From: Paramecium tetraurelia
Lineage: Eukaryota
Length of the DNA: 64,000 nucleotides
Direction: 5' to 3'
NCBI GenBank assembly: GCA_000165425.1
Contig: CT868096.1
Location: 372,001-436,000 of the forward strand
Shown here: piece by piece, positions 12,977 to 26,619 of the stretch
Position numbering within the stretch: position 1 is the stretch's first letter
Layout: each line of letters starts with the position of its first letter
Translations under genes and position numbers: made by a program
Notes under the pieces: model-generated
The model's database searches: none
What the model saw: the letters and a program-made list of their open reading frames with translations, nothing else
Told to the model about the DNA's origin: nothing

Positions 12977-13305
12977 ATGTAAACTTCAGTGACTTACTTT
13001 GAACTTTAGACTCTCATATTCTTGATCATTATTGGAATGATCTTGATTTCATTGAAATACTTTACAGATCCAAATCAAAAGGAATCAAAAGTATTTTTTG
13101 ATCAATTAATCAATAGTTAAAGCTTTGGAATCGAATGATTGTTAATTATGAAGGTATATAACTAAGCATTGATGAAGAATAACTTTTAAAATAAACTTTT
13201 AAGAACACTTTGAAAAATCGCAGAGTTGTAATCAATCCATCCATTCCAAGATAGATAAAAACTACAAAAAGGGTTAGCTTTTCTAATTTAGATGACTAAC
13301 TTTGA
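12977..13305 (+). CDS. Small single-pass membrane protein with a C-terminal RVxF motif
   Basis: Hydrophobic TLIFLIIIGMILISL near the N-terminus; one 26-nt intron; ends TTKRVSFSNLDDQL-TGA. Confidence 0.55.
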
Positions 13306-13417
13306 AATCTACCCTTTATTGATTTTTTTAATTTAGTATATTTACAATTATAGACATCATTGTTTTTATTTATTTTTAAATTAATAAGTCATATAAATTA
13401 TATTATCAATACTTCTT

Positions 13418-14952
13418 TCAGACGATATCTGCCATGAGTTCCTTGAAATTCCTATAAGTTAACTAATTATATTAATAATATTTTACATAGTCTTTTTGAT
13501 TTAATTCCATTAGAATTTCCATAAAGTATTCCTTTTCCAAAGAAAACTAAGTAGCCAAACTCTCGGCAGTAATAAAATTTTTTTTATTTTTCAATAATTT
13601 AAAGCTAGTATCCAAGACTTCTTCTTGAATCAGAGTCTTACGTTTGATGGCATAGAGTATGAATTCAGCAAAGGTGATTTTGCTATCTTTATCCATATCT
13701 ACTTTTTTAAATATATTCACACAAACTGATTTGGTTTTATCGTCATCTTATACAAAATCTGTGTATGAGGCCAAAAGTTCAGAGAGACTAAAAAATCCAT
13801 CATTATCAAGATCTAAAGATCTGAAGACAGAATAAATATCACGAAGCTTATCTGGAGGATAATTATTAATTATAAACTTCAAGATGTAAGCTTATAACAT
13901 ATTTAACTTTTTAGATTTTTATAATCTAAGCAAGGTTTCTCTAACTTGTTCTTCTCTCGATTAAACCTCTTATTTTAGTAACCATGGATGTTTTGTTATA
14001 TCCTTTAATTTAATTCTTTTTTTTGGATTTTTATCTAGTAATTATTACAATAATGAGATAGCCTCATTGGAGATTGATTATTCAAATTACATCTCTGAAA
14101 TTAAGATTTCTACTCTTAATTTATTAAATGATTTGGACTCATAAGGAGAAGTATGATAAAGTAATTAGTAAAGGATTATTCCCAAAGACCAAATATCTCT
14201 TTCTTCTGTATACTGTTGATTTTCAAAATATTCTGGAGGCAAATAATGTGATTCTTCAAAAGACGGTTTCTTTTTCATAAACAGGTGGAACAAATTATAT
14301 AATTTTATGTATTTATCTCCAAAAAGGGCAAATGAATCTATGGTTAGATGGCCATGAGTGAGTTATTAGTGATGGATATAGTCAATTGCTTCTACTATTT
14401 GGTTAAATACGAATGCAACATCTTGTTCAGTAATGAACATTTTTGAATTCAGAATTACTATCTCTTTGCTATTCTCCTCGGCCACATGATACTTTTATTG
14501 TTCTTCATATATTTCATATAATTGAATTAGATTAGGATGATGCTATTTAAAATTACGAATATAATTACAAGTTAATAATTGAGTAAGGAAGCAACATATT
14601 TTTCATCTGTAAGTTTGTATGATTTGATGATCCTAACTATTCCTGTATTGTTATGCTGGATGGTAGTAAATGGAAAATCTTTATCCTCTTTTCTCAACAA
14701 ACTATAATAAGTTGAGAAGTTAGTGCTTCTATAAACTAGTGTTTAATTTATATTTTGAAGACTTATTGATGTCAAACCTTACTCAACTACAGTCTAAGGG
14801 ATATTCTGAGTATTGCATCTTGTGTTTGGTCTTACAACTAATGGCTAAGTTGTCGACCTGTTTGGAGTTGTTGTCTAAGATTGTTTTTATTTTGCCTCTT
14901 GCAATTTGGCTTTCATTGTTTTTTTCATTTCTTATGAGGAACAAGAACCCAT
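13418..14952 (-). CDS. CDPK-like pseudokinase with C-terminal EF-hands and an N-terminal acylation motif
   Basis: Starts MGSCSS. Kinase-fold motifs HHPNLIQLYEIYE, YLPPE and DIWSLGIILY are present, but HRD is HGH and DFG is NLF. EF-hands DLDNDGFFSLSE and DKDSKITFAEF. Confidence 0.85.
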
Positions 14953-15225
14953 CTTCTTACAATAATTTAATTTTTTTGGGTTAGATTATGATAATGAGTT
15001 ATCAAACAAATAATTCACTGATCTGATAGATACGTACGTAATATATTGCAGATTATTATTTACTTAATTAAAGAACACATATTAATTAAATTCATTTTAG
15101 AAAAAAAATACATAAAAGTTAATTCAGACCAACTTTAAGAATATCTAGAACATGCAAAGATTGGTCAATCAACGCTAAATAATTTATAAGTATGTATATT
15201 TATAATTTTATAAAGTAGGGAATAA

Positions 15226-17087
15226 TCAATATTTATTTTATTGTTTATATTACAGGAAACCTAAATTATATATTAGTAATTACTTATTCCAGGTCTTAAG
15301 GATATTTTTTAAACATTTGTAATTTTTATTGGTAATTCATCTTTTACTTTTAAAAATTCAGTAAAGCTTGCAGTTCTTTATTTAAAGCTCTCATTCGATC
15401 TAATACTCTCAAGTATTCTGTTGGTCTATTCAGTACTTTGCTATATGGATATCGATTATTTTTAAAAAGAAGACGCCTATTATTAAGATAAACTAGATTT
15501 TTATAATAATTATTAGATCGATCGTTAATCAAATTGCGATTAATTTGAATACAGAGACTTTTAATTAAGCTCTTATTCGAAGGTTAATACTTATTACTTA
15601 CCTAAAAGTGAAGTTGGAGATTATACACATTCCTCTTGACTATTATTTACCTCTTGAAAAGTGATTAATTTAGTCTGGCATAGGGCTATGCTTTCTCTTT
15701 GACTTCCCATTATAGCGAAGTCACTGATATGGTTAAGCTCATTCATTTGAACAGACTTCTTTGTTTCTATTACAAAACTAGGTTCTCTACTTAATTTCCG
15801 AAGACTCTAAAAGTTTTGCATTAGTTGATCATATCTATTCGACTTATTTGAGAAAGCAGAAGGAGGTGGCACTTATTCAATCAGTTCTTACTATTGAACC
15901 AATTCTTACTCATCATTACTATATCTTTTTGCCGATGAAACCTTACCTTAACTATTATCTAATTAAACATATTTGACAGTTTCTTTCATAACCTGTTATT
16001 CACTAAATAATTCTGGTTCTACTTGCTTTGGGGATTTTATCAGAGACTCCAATTAAGAAGGACCAAAGGTTGTTCTACAATCATTTCCTTAGACCATCTC
16101 AAATTATAAATTAATGGGATTTTATTCCAAACTACTTTCAAAGGAGACATTAATTTTCTTATTTTAATTTGCTGACACTTCAACTGGAATAATTGATGAT
16201 AAGTTGCTTATTGTAAATTGTGATTTCCCATAAATATCCTCAATACTTTCATTCTGTTATTTTTTCATTTGATTATAAAAACTATTCAAATTTGTCTTGC
16301 TGTTTAAAACTGATACTTATTATTGTCTTAATGCTTCTTATTATTATTTTATAATTTCCAACTGCTACTATAAAATTTACGATTATTATTCTAGAAATTA
16401 TGATTTAATTTATGAGTTTTCCTCAGAATAGAAAATTTCTGGGTGTTTTATGCTCTTTTGGCTGGAATAGTCAAAATAAGGAACTTTTATCTAAGTTTCC
16501 TTATATTCTAATATATGCTTGATTTTTTGGTTTTATTTTTGGAGCATTTCCACAGGTTTAGGAGTATTGGATTGATACCTTTTAGTTACTTCTTATAAGT
16601 CTCTAAGAATATTTTATTTTAGATTATCAACCATATCCATAATTTAAGGGTCTTCAGGCTACTTAAATGCTGATTTATTTTGGCTTTTGGATGTCTGATT
16701 TTATTACACACATCTTAAAGGACTAACAGAACCTCTTCCTCTAGTATTAATTACAATTGGGCTCTTTTAAGCCATTGGTGTTTGTGATCTATTTTCTTAA
16801 TACAAATGTTTTTTGGATGGTTAATTTTCTTTGTTGTTTTTACAAGTGGAGTTATCGAAATAATTCCTAAGAGATTGTTATGAGTTGATTTCTCTGGTTG
16901 TATATATAATTTTCTCTTATTTATCAGTTTTCTCGCATTTTTATACCTCAGCTACTCTTTTGGTGGAGGGCTATATAGTGCTTTTTGTCCGACTAGCTTA
17001 AGTAACTAATTATGTTAACTATTAAATTGCATTTATTTATGGATTTCTAACAAGCTTTACAAAATTTTGACGATCGTTGGATAACAT
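15226..17087 (-). CDS. Hypothetical low-complexity Q/S/K/N-rich protein
   Basis: Code-6 reading frame from ATG 17087 (MLSNDRQNF...); the 3' end depends on a 23-nt intron; the middle was not fully checked. Confidence 0.55.
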
Positions 17088-17109
17088 ATAAATTTTTATT
17101 AATAAATTA

Positions 17110-18203
17110 ATGAAACTAGTCCAATAAGAGTATTACTTCAGCAGACCCAAAATCAATAGTCTGTATTCACCTGATAGCAGATTTAAATCTATCTCTCATT
17201 ATTCTGATAAGTCTCTGGTTCAGAATATTGATACCCAAATCTAAATCAATTAAGTCATACAAAATATACAATACTTGAAGGGCAAGATAAATTATGAAAA
17301 GAGTTAATTGTAGCAGCTATCCTTTCTTAATAGCGATACTAATTTCTCATTTACATCTGTTCCTCTTAGCAAATTAGATCCAGAGTCTTATACTATGAAA
17401 TAAAAGATCGTATAACTTAAAGAGCAAGTATGAATGTAAAATATTAGTTAAAACAATTAGAGAACGAAGAGAAGCGAATTTAAATGATGAATTATTAGAG
17501 AATTGATCAAAATGAAGAATACGCCTTTAAAAATTATACTAGAATAATGATGATGAATAAATCTAAATAATAGCTCATTCAGCATAAAACTGGACTTATT
17601 AATTAGATCAAATAATTAAAACATGAAATTTATATAGACTAGATGGAGATTAATGTATAAGATCATCAAATTCTTGATTTAGAAACAAAAAATAAACAAT
17701 ATAAAATAAGATCATCCAAAGTTTCAGAATAGCTTAAGCAAATAAAAAAAAATCTCGCTAAGTATTAACAGTTTGATCTGAAAAAGTCTAGATAAATCAA
17801 AGATTTTATGAGTAAGTTAGGAGTAGGTGATTCTAAAGCAGACGATATGGATGAAGTACTTGAAAATTACAATAGAAAAATACTGAATAATCAAAAATCT
17901 ATTGATGAATTTCTATTAATAGCATAATAACGATCATATTATGCATTATCATAAATGTAAGATTTGGAATATCAAATCAAAAATTAAAAAGAAGTTAAAT
18001 CAGAAATCTTTTCATAAATTAGAGAATTAAAATTACTGATATCTAAATTCTCAAAAACTAGAAGTACCTCTTTAGAAAATAATTACAATAGAGATAATTT
18101 GAAAGAGGAAGAAAAAGTTGATTGGATTTTTAATAGTAGAGATTTAGATGAATTTCCATTAACTTAATCTAAAATCATAGATGATGTTGAATTCGATTAT
18201 TGA
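17110..18203 (+). CDS. Hypothetical coiled-coil protein
   Basis: MKLVQQEYYFSRPK...; heptad-like Q/E/K/L-rich body; ends DDVEFDY-TGA. Confidence 0.65.
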
Positions 18204-18737
18204 AAATTAATTATAATTAAAAAAAAACTACAAGTGTAAAAAAAGCCAATTTTTCTTTAATGCATATATTATAAGCTGATTAGAATAATTCTATTATTAT
18301 ATTTTGTTAGTAATAAAATTATACACTTCTTTTTCATTTTTTGAGGAATGAATTATTCATTTCAAAAAGCATTAAATCTATTTCAAATAATTTAAGATGT
18401 ATTTTAGTTTTTTCAATAAATTTAGTTTTTTCAATAAATTTAGTGTAAATTAGGTAAACTTATCTTTGTAATTCTTATTACTCCTATTATTAAATCAATT
18501 TTTAATCTTTAAATTTATTGACGAGTCAGGATAAAAAATCAAATCAAGTTATTGTGATCTTTGTTTAACCCAATATCAATTTTATTATTTCTATCATCCT
18601 TATATCTTAACTGATCTATTTCAAGAATCCCTTTAATTTATTATCACTAAAAATTTAAAGAAATTCCGATTCAAATTCATTATAAATATTTCTTTATATC
18701 TTTCAATTTAATCAATCATATTTATTTATTATTTTTA

Positions 18738-19806
18738 ATGAATAGTGGGGAAGAAATTCTTAAATAATTTGATACTTTGCTTAAATAAGTAGATAATTTT
18801 GAGGACTAAAGTCCTGATGATGAAAAATTGATGAACCTAATTGAGAAATTCTAATTAACTCAATAGGCAATTATTAAACTTTCACATTTTTTCTCCAAAT
18901 GAGGAATTCAATGAAATAAAAACAGAACATCTCAAATTTTTTTTTTGGCCATATTATGTTGGTTGGGCATTAACATAAGTGTAAAATGAAGATATTAGAT
19001 AATAGAATGTCGAAACCTCTAATTATTATGCGATGGAATTTTTAAAACTATTAAAACATTACGAAATCCTAAAAGGGAATCAATTAAAATAATTTAAATC
19101 CATGTTGGAAAATGATACTTTTTAAATTAATAGAGATTGTAAGATAGCCAACTAAAAAATGTTGAATAAAAAAATATAGGTATTTTTGGTAATAAAGACT
19201 TTAGAATTTATAAAAGTAGGATGATAATAAATTATCGAGAGAAATTATAAAATTGCAATTAAATTAAAAAATTATATCTTCACTTGATATATTGAATAAT
19301 AATTAATAGGAATTGGAGATACTAAATTTTAAATCACAATTGAAAAAAGATAAATAACTTCAATAGCAATATTAGGAGCAGTAAGAAAAGCCAATCCCAA
19401 AAATGAAAGTCTGGAATATTCAAGTAACAATTGATAATAACTATCTTTTAGAAACCCACTATGCAACCCTAATTCTTTGATCCACACTGTCAAAATTGCT
19501 AAACCGAAGCAGAGTTCAGGCAAAATCACGTTGCCGAAGTTTGGTAACCTAATGCAGCCAGACTTCCGAATATGACATTAGAAGAATTTGCTGATTCAGA
19601 GATGAAAGTAGTATTTTTAATAGATTCTAGTTTGCCAAAGATTAAGAAGTAAAAATGAAAAAAGCACAAGAAGAACAACTAAAATTAGAGTAGGATAAGG
19701 ATGATGATAAAGATTATTGGGCAGATTAGTAAACATCAAAAGATAGAAACTGGGATGATTGGAAAGATGACAATGAAAAGGAGCTGGTAATAAAATGGGT
19801 AGATGA
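18738..19806 (+). pseudogene. TAP42: TAP42/alpha4 (IGBP1) PP2A regulator with two apparent frameshifts (pseudogene or assembly errors)
   Basis: FSPNEEFNEIKTEHLKF..PYY, LPNMTLEEFAD and RNWDDWKDDNE motifs. One extra T near 18881 creates an in-frame TGA at 18900-18902, and one missing base near 19779 shifts the terminal GAGNKMGR-TGA out of frame. Confidence 0.7.
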
Positions 19807-19817
19807 TATATAATACA

Positions 19818-20856
<1,039 letters not shown>

Positions 20857-20883
20857 AATATAAAGAACAAAAATTAATTATTA

Positions 20884-22479
20884 TCATTTTTATTAAGAGT
20901 TATTATTAACATTTTGTTATAATGCTTTCACTTACCAATGAATTAGATTATTAATTCTGCATCTCACTGTTAAAGGTTTTGGAGTCAATTGTTAAGCAGA
21001 ACTAGTTTAAGTCCTAAATGTTAAGCTAGTTTAAAGATTATTAAAATTATTAATTGTTTGCAGGTTTAATTTTGGAATATTTTTTTATGTTTTTTCTTTA
21101 TTAGAATTCTTTTCTAATTTGTAAATCATCAACTTTTTTAGATCATTTGCTTTTAATTTTGATTGCTGTTTATCTTTGCTTCTCTTTTATTCATAGGGAT
21201 TATTTGAGGATGAGATTGGATTTAAAACACTGTTAAAATTCGTTTGATTTTTGTAACAATCTAATTAGTTAGTTACTTTAATTGATCGATTAGAACAACT
21301 CTTTAGTAAGGAAGTTCTATTAATTTCTTTAAATGAATCTGCCTTATTAACTTTACTTAATATTTAATGCAATCCTTTGTTATTTTAGACACATTTATTC
21401 CTTTATGATTTTGGAGTGTTCTTTCCCATATCCTTGATTGATTTCATTATTTTAAGTTCTAGCTATTTCATTTCAGGTATTGAATTTTTGGTTTCTTTGG
21501 TTTAATCCACTTTATTTTCAAGTCTAGCTCTGCTTAATTTAGAATATTTATTAAACAATGAAATTAAGCTTTCCTTTTGAACATTATTTTCTTTAGTTCT
21601 CTCTTAAGATGTCTTAAGTACCTTACTGACGGAGTCTGTAGTAAATCTAGTTGATAAAGGAACTCTGATATCATTGCAACATTTACTTTAGGTCCTTGAT
21701 GATTGAGACAAAGCAAACTCGTCTAACTTTAGAGATTTTTTAAATAAAGGATTTTGCTTTTTAAATACTTGATACTTCTAAACATTTTTCTGATTGTTTA
21801 TTTATTGTGGATTGAAAGCTTTCAACATTTGAATAATCTCACTTTGCTAATCTTCTTGGATTTTCGAGATTTTACTAATTTCTTCTTAATTTAACTCTTC
21901 TTATTATTTTATATCTTGAAGAATGTTTTCAACATTGTTGTTAATAGTTGAATCATTACTGCTTTCGGATTACGGAGTTGTTTGGGTTTCAATTGGTTTA
22001 TCCCCCACTATACCTTTTGGAGGTCGATTTGGATTGTTTCGATTCTCATATTCAATCTATCTTTATATTTTGTAGTATTCAAGTTTTCGCTTTTTATCAT
22101 AATACAAATTCAATATTTGTATCAAATTCTTGTGAACAGTAAACCGAGGCAAATCGTTGTGATATTTGTAGAACTCTGTTAGTAATTTAATTTTAGCAAT
22201 ATATTCATTAATATAGTAATATCTCTTCATTCTTTCTCCTAATTCTTAAAATTGTGTATCATCCTTAATTTATCACTAATTGCTTACATAAAATTAAATA
22301 GTAGCAGGTGTTCTGTTCTTACCCAAAATATCATTGATTTCTCTTGTGAAGTAATAATTTTATGAGGCTGCATACTTATGATAAAGAGTATGGTTGATAA
22401 TGTTACTAGGAGCAGATTCTGATTGATAATTTCTAACATAGCCCAAGGTTTTTAATTAACATTTATGCTATTAATTCAT
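20884..22479 (-). CDS. Hypothetical protein with a structured-looking N-terminal domain and a low-complexity tail
   Basis: KYAASQNYYFTREINDILG...KLLTEFYKYHNDLPR...YYDKKRKLEYYKI after one 24-nt intron; TGA at 20884-20886. Confidence 0.65.
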
Positions 22480-22497
22480 ATATAATTAAATAAGTAA

Positions 22498-22764
22498 ATG
22501 TCTGACGAATTAAATTCAAGTCTTGATTCCCTTGAATTGGATTTATACCACAAACCTAATCCTCGAATTAGAATGATCCTCAATTACCTCAGAGCCTAAA
22601 ATATCAAATTTTGCACAGACCCAAAGAAGAAAGAAGAAGACTACTATTTTAAAGGAGCTTCACCAGAGATCAATCCTGATCTTGATTTTGGAATGAGAAA
22701 AAATAGATTTTTAAAAAGAGGTCCCCAACGAAATGGTATCACTTTAGTTTCAAATACATCCTGA
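22498..22764 (+). CDS. Hypothetical 88-aa protein
   Basis: Intronless ORF MSDELNSSLDSLELDLYHKPNPRIR...SNTS-TGA with a coding-like GC level. Confidence 0.55.
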
Positions 22765-23104
22765 TTTACTATTATATATAATTTATTTTTTAGATTCAGT
22801 AAGCTTCTATATTGATATCTATTGGTCACTTAGATGTAGCATCATTCATGCTAGATCATTTATTTTCACTATGAACATTGAAATGAAGTTGCGATGAGCG
22901 AGATGTGTTTGATTTGAATCTTTGATTAATCAAATTTGATTTCGTTTTTAAAATGAAATTTGGGAGAGTATGATTTAATTATGAATTTCATAAAATATTG
23001 ACTTATATATCAAAATTTATTGTTAATATTAAAATTGTATAATAGTCAATTAACTTAAACTATTGCATGACATAAAAACTTGAACTCTTGAAATTTATAT
23101 TATA

Positions 23105-25527
23105 ATGTTTATAATTTTATTATTCTAGACTATTTATTCATTGGGGCCAGCCAATTTTTTATGTGGATTGAGACTCTATTATGCCCAAGAATCATATTTC
23201 CTACTTGACTAATAGAATGAGAAGTAAATTGTATTTATTATACTTGAGTACTATGCCATACATCCTTACAAGCAAATCTCCTCATTTTGCATTGGATGTT
23301 TAATAGAACTATTAATCAGCACATGGGATGAACAATAATTCATATTTTCTCATTAATTTCCCTGATGCTTACATATTTGCAGGAAATGCTAGTGATCTAT
23401 AATGGTTGTAAATTTAGGAATTCAAGGTAAAACAAAATTAAACTAAAGCTGACGTTTTAATCTATAATGATTATTATGGTTATTATGTAGATAAAGCAAA
23501 TCAAGGTGGTCATTTGTTAATTTCTAAACAAAATCTGATTAGAGAATTTACATTTGGTAAAACGGATGCAGTTGATAAATACCTCAAACCTGGATTTATT
23601 TATATTATTGCTTGGTCCTCGCAAGGAGATGTTAGTATGATATTCAAAAGGTTTATCTAATTCATTACTTAATCAGAAGGCATTAATTATTGCGAATTAA
23701 AGACTATAACGAATTCTTTAGATTAAATAAAATGTAATTTGGATTTTAATTTCGATCAATTAACTTTCCATACTCCGGATCTCTATCATCCACCAGTGCA
23801 TTATTATTTAGGGAATCAGACCATCAATGGTTCTCTTACAAACCAATACTTTACAAAAAATTATCCAGGATTATAAGTTTTTGTTGCTTAGAATTTAAGC
23901 GATACATTAGAAATTAGATTACCTATAAAAAACATGGAAACTCATTAAAATGCTGTTGAATCTCCTCTAAGTGGGTTAATCATTACGATTTAATAAGAAA
24001 ACAGAGGATTTATACATATATTAATCTTTGAAAGCGATGAGGGAATCATTATCAACTATAAAGAAGATGAAAATTTGGCTTATGTCACTATAGGAAAGAC
24101 AGATTCAAAAGTGTTTGTGTTTTCATTTGTTACCTCTTCTTTTACAAAATTTCCTTAAATAGAATTAATATAGCATGTATTTCAAGATTGCGTTACGATA
24201 ATTTAATAGCGTAATAATATTTGCGAAAAACCAAATAAAGAATGTTAAAGTCTTTCATATGATTATTTTCATTAATTTGATTTTAATTTAAATTTTGATT
24301 AATAAGTAACATTTAAAATCAATGGAGAATCATTTTAAGCTCCTTACATAGAATTGTATGATGATTTAAGTACAATTTAAAATGAATTTACTAATTTTAT
24401 ATCATCAACAATAAACAATAGGGAAATGAATCATGGGGGATATATTGGGTCATTTTTGAGAATTACTAATAAAAATCAAAGCATTAATTCATTAATAATC
24501 AATGAACAGAATGAAAAATTAGAGGTGTATTATAATATTAATGATAACATATGTATGTAATTTTATGCTATTCATAGATTCCCATTCAGTTTAAAATATT
24601 ATTGGAAGAACGTATGTTTTAGTATTTGTATCATAAAACGAATTAACAGATATGGAATGTCTATAAATTTTTAGAGAATTCATTCACCATATTCAAAAAA
24701 TCTTCATAATTGAATAATGTAAGCAATGATAAAATAATGATAGTGGAGTAAAGATGTGAAAGTTAAATCAACAATTTTGATGTGAAACCCATTCAGTATA
24801 AAGATATTCACAAATTAGTAAAGTAACCAACTGAATTGCTTTAGAAAACTCACTAATAAGATTTTGATAAGTAAAATGATTTTGAATATTCAACCAATGA
24901 GGATCCAGACGAAGATTTAGAATATTTGGATGAAGATGAACAAATGTACGCTATGGATTATGAAAATTAAGCATAATTTATGCCTGATAATTAAGAATAA
25001 TTTATGCCCCAAAATTAAGATTAATTTATGCCTTAAAATTAAGCTTAATTTATGCCTCAAAACTAAGGATAATTTATGCCACAAAATTAAGGCTAATTTA
25101 TGCCTTAAGATTAAGGTTAATTTATTCCTTAAGATTAAGGATAATTTATGCCTCAAATGTAAGGCTAATTTATGCCACAAATGTAAGGCTAATTTAATCC
25201 TAATGAAGATCCCTCAATGGAAATGTCTTAAGAATAATTTATGGAATATCAAAGAATGTTGGACATGGAGTAATAATAGCAATTTTAATAATAGTATTAA
25301 TAAGAATAATAACAACAACAATCTAGAAAAGTTGAGGAAATTCATTTTAACAATCCTGGAAATTAAAAAAAATAATAATAATAAATCCATAAAGTTGAAT
25401 AAAAAGTTTAAAAAAAGTAATAAAACTAAAAAACTGTATAAAAAAAATAAAATGTAAAACCACCTGAAAAGGTTCAATAGAATTTAAGATAAAATAAATA
25501 AAAAAATTTGTAATAATAATAACAATA

Positions 25528-25566
<39 letters not shown>

Positions 25567-25978
25567 TTAAAACTAATTGCCTTCTCATAATGAAGATTCA
25601 AAATATTAGCAAACGTTTCATTAAAAAGAAGAGTATTAGGATAAAAATGATAGGTATAGAAGAAGAGATTATAGAGAAAGAGGAGATTACCCTGGAAGGA
25701 GAGATGAATATTATGGCAGAAGGGAAGATTACGGCAGAAGGGATGATTATGGCAGAAGAGATGATTATGGAAGATCAGATGATTATTATGGTAGAAGGGA
25801 TGACCATTATGGAAGAAGAGATGATTATTATGGGAATGATTATGATAGGGAAGATGGTAGAAGAGGGCCTGCATTGACTGGTTAAACCATAATGGTTCCT
25901 AAAAATCCAAGTGATTAAGAACTAGGCAGATTCTTTAGAGAAGTAATAGGAAGATTATAAAATAAAGGAAAAAATTGA
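23105..25978 (+). CDS. Predicted secreted protein: signal peptide, beta-rich region, then QFMPQNQG repeats, polyQ and GRRDDY repeats
   Basis: MFIILLFQTIYSLG signal-like start; one continuous code-6 frame with 3 tiny introns through to TGA at 25976-25978. Confidence 0.7.
24965..25204 (+). repeat. 24-bp coding tandem repeat, about 10 copies (8-aa unit NQ[G/A/D/E]QFMPQ)
   Basis: Unit close to AATTAAGGCTAATTTATGCCTCAA, repeated head-to-tail with no spacers. Confidence 0.9.
25694..25834 (+). repeat. 18/21-bp coding repeat encoding GRRDDY(Y), about 7 copies
   Basis: GGCAGAAGGGATGATTAT-like units in frame with the 23105-25978 gene. Confidence 0.85.
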
Positions 25979-26157
25979 AAATATAAAATAATATACATCT
26001 TCAAAATTTTTACCATATTCCAAATATTGAAACAGATTTTTTATTATTAAATATTGCTTAAGATTTTATTATTATAATAATAGGTTTATTTAAGTTATTT
26101 AATTTTATTTATAACTAATCACTGCAATGAATATTTTTATTTAATTTATTAATCCAA

Positions 26158-26538
26158 ATGCAAGCTTCATAAGAGAAAATACCAAATTTAGATCTCAGCA
26201 ATAGAAGATCACAATCAATGGTCACTTCAGATCCAGCCATTAAGAAACTTAAATAAACATTGTAGGTTGATAATGAAACTAGCACTCGTTAATTGAAACG
26301 AAAGTAAGGCGATATTTTGGATTCAATTCTTGAGGATGCGAATTTGATACTAAGAAATAAACTTTTGGAAAAGAATATTTATTAACTGAAGGAATTAGGA
26401 TTACTTAAATAACATGATCCTACTATAGCAGTTCAATAAGGATTTAAAAAAAGTAATTATGTGATGAATGATTATCATAATAAAAGTACTACAAATGGAT
26501 ATGCCAGAAATTATGGAGGATTGTTTTATAATAGATGA
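26158..26538 (+). CDS. Hypothetical 126-aa protein with a C-terminal NDYH..T.NGYARNYGGLFY motif
   Basis: Intronless code-6 ORF from ATG 26158 to TGA 26536-26538. Confidence 0.7.
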
Positions 26539-26619
26539 TTTATCTTAATAAAATTTAATAAACAATTAAAATACTACTTCTAAATAATATTCATGTAAAA
26601 ATATGGCCATTCTTAATTA

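Noticed and set aside
18403..18444. 18-bp tandem duplication TTTAGTTTTTTCAATAAA x2
   Set aside because: Simple slippage in AT-rich intergenic DNA, with no sign of function.
22790..22990. Possible box C/D snoRNA on the minus strand
   Set aside because: Box C is imperfect (TGATGC), there is no terminal stem, and I could identify no rRNA complementarity.
23105..24600. DOMON/copper monooxygenase identity for the secreted protein
   Set aside because: The HH, HxH and EMC copper-ligand motifs are absent, so the resemblance is only compositional.
24917..25877. ORF-track Lys/Cys-rich, His-rich and Met/Ile/Glu-rich ORFs, and a possible CRISPR-like array
   Set aside because: These are alternative frames of coding repeats in the 23105-25978 gene. 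The 24-bp units are contiguous with no unique spacers, so this is not CRISPR.
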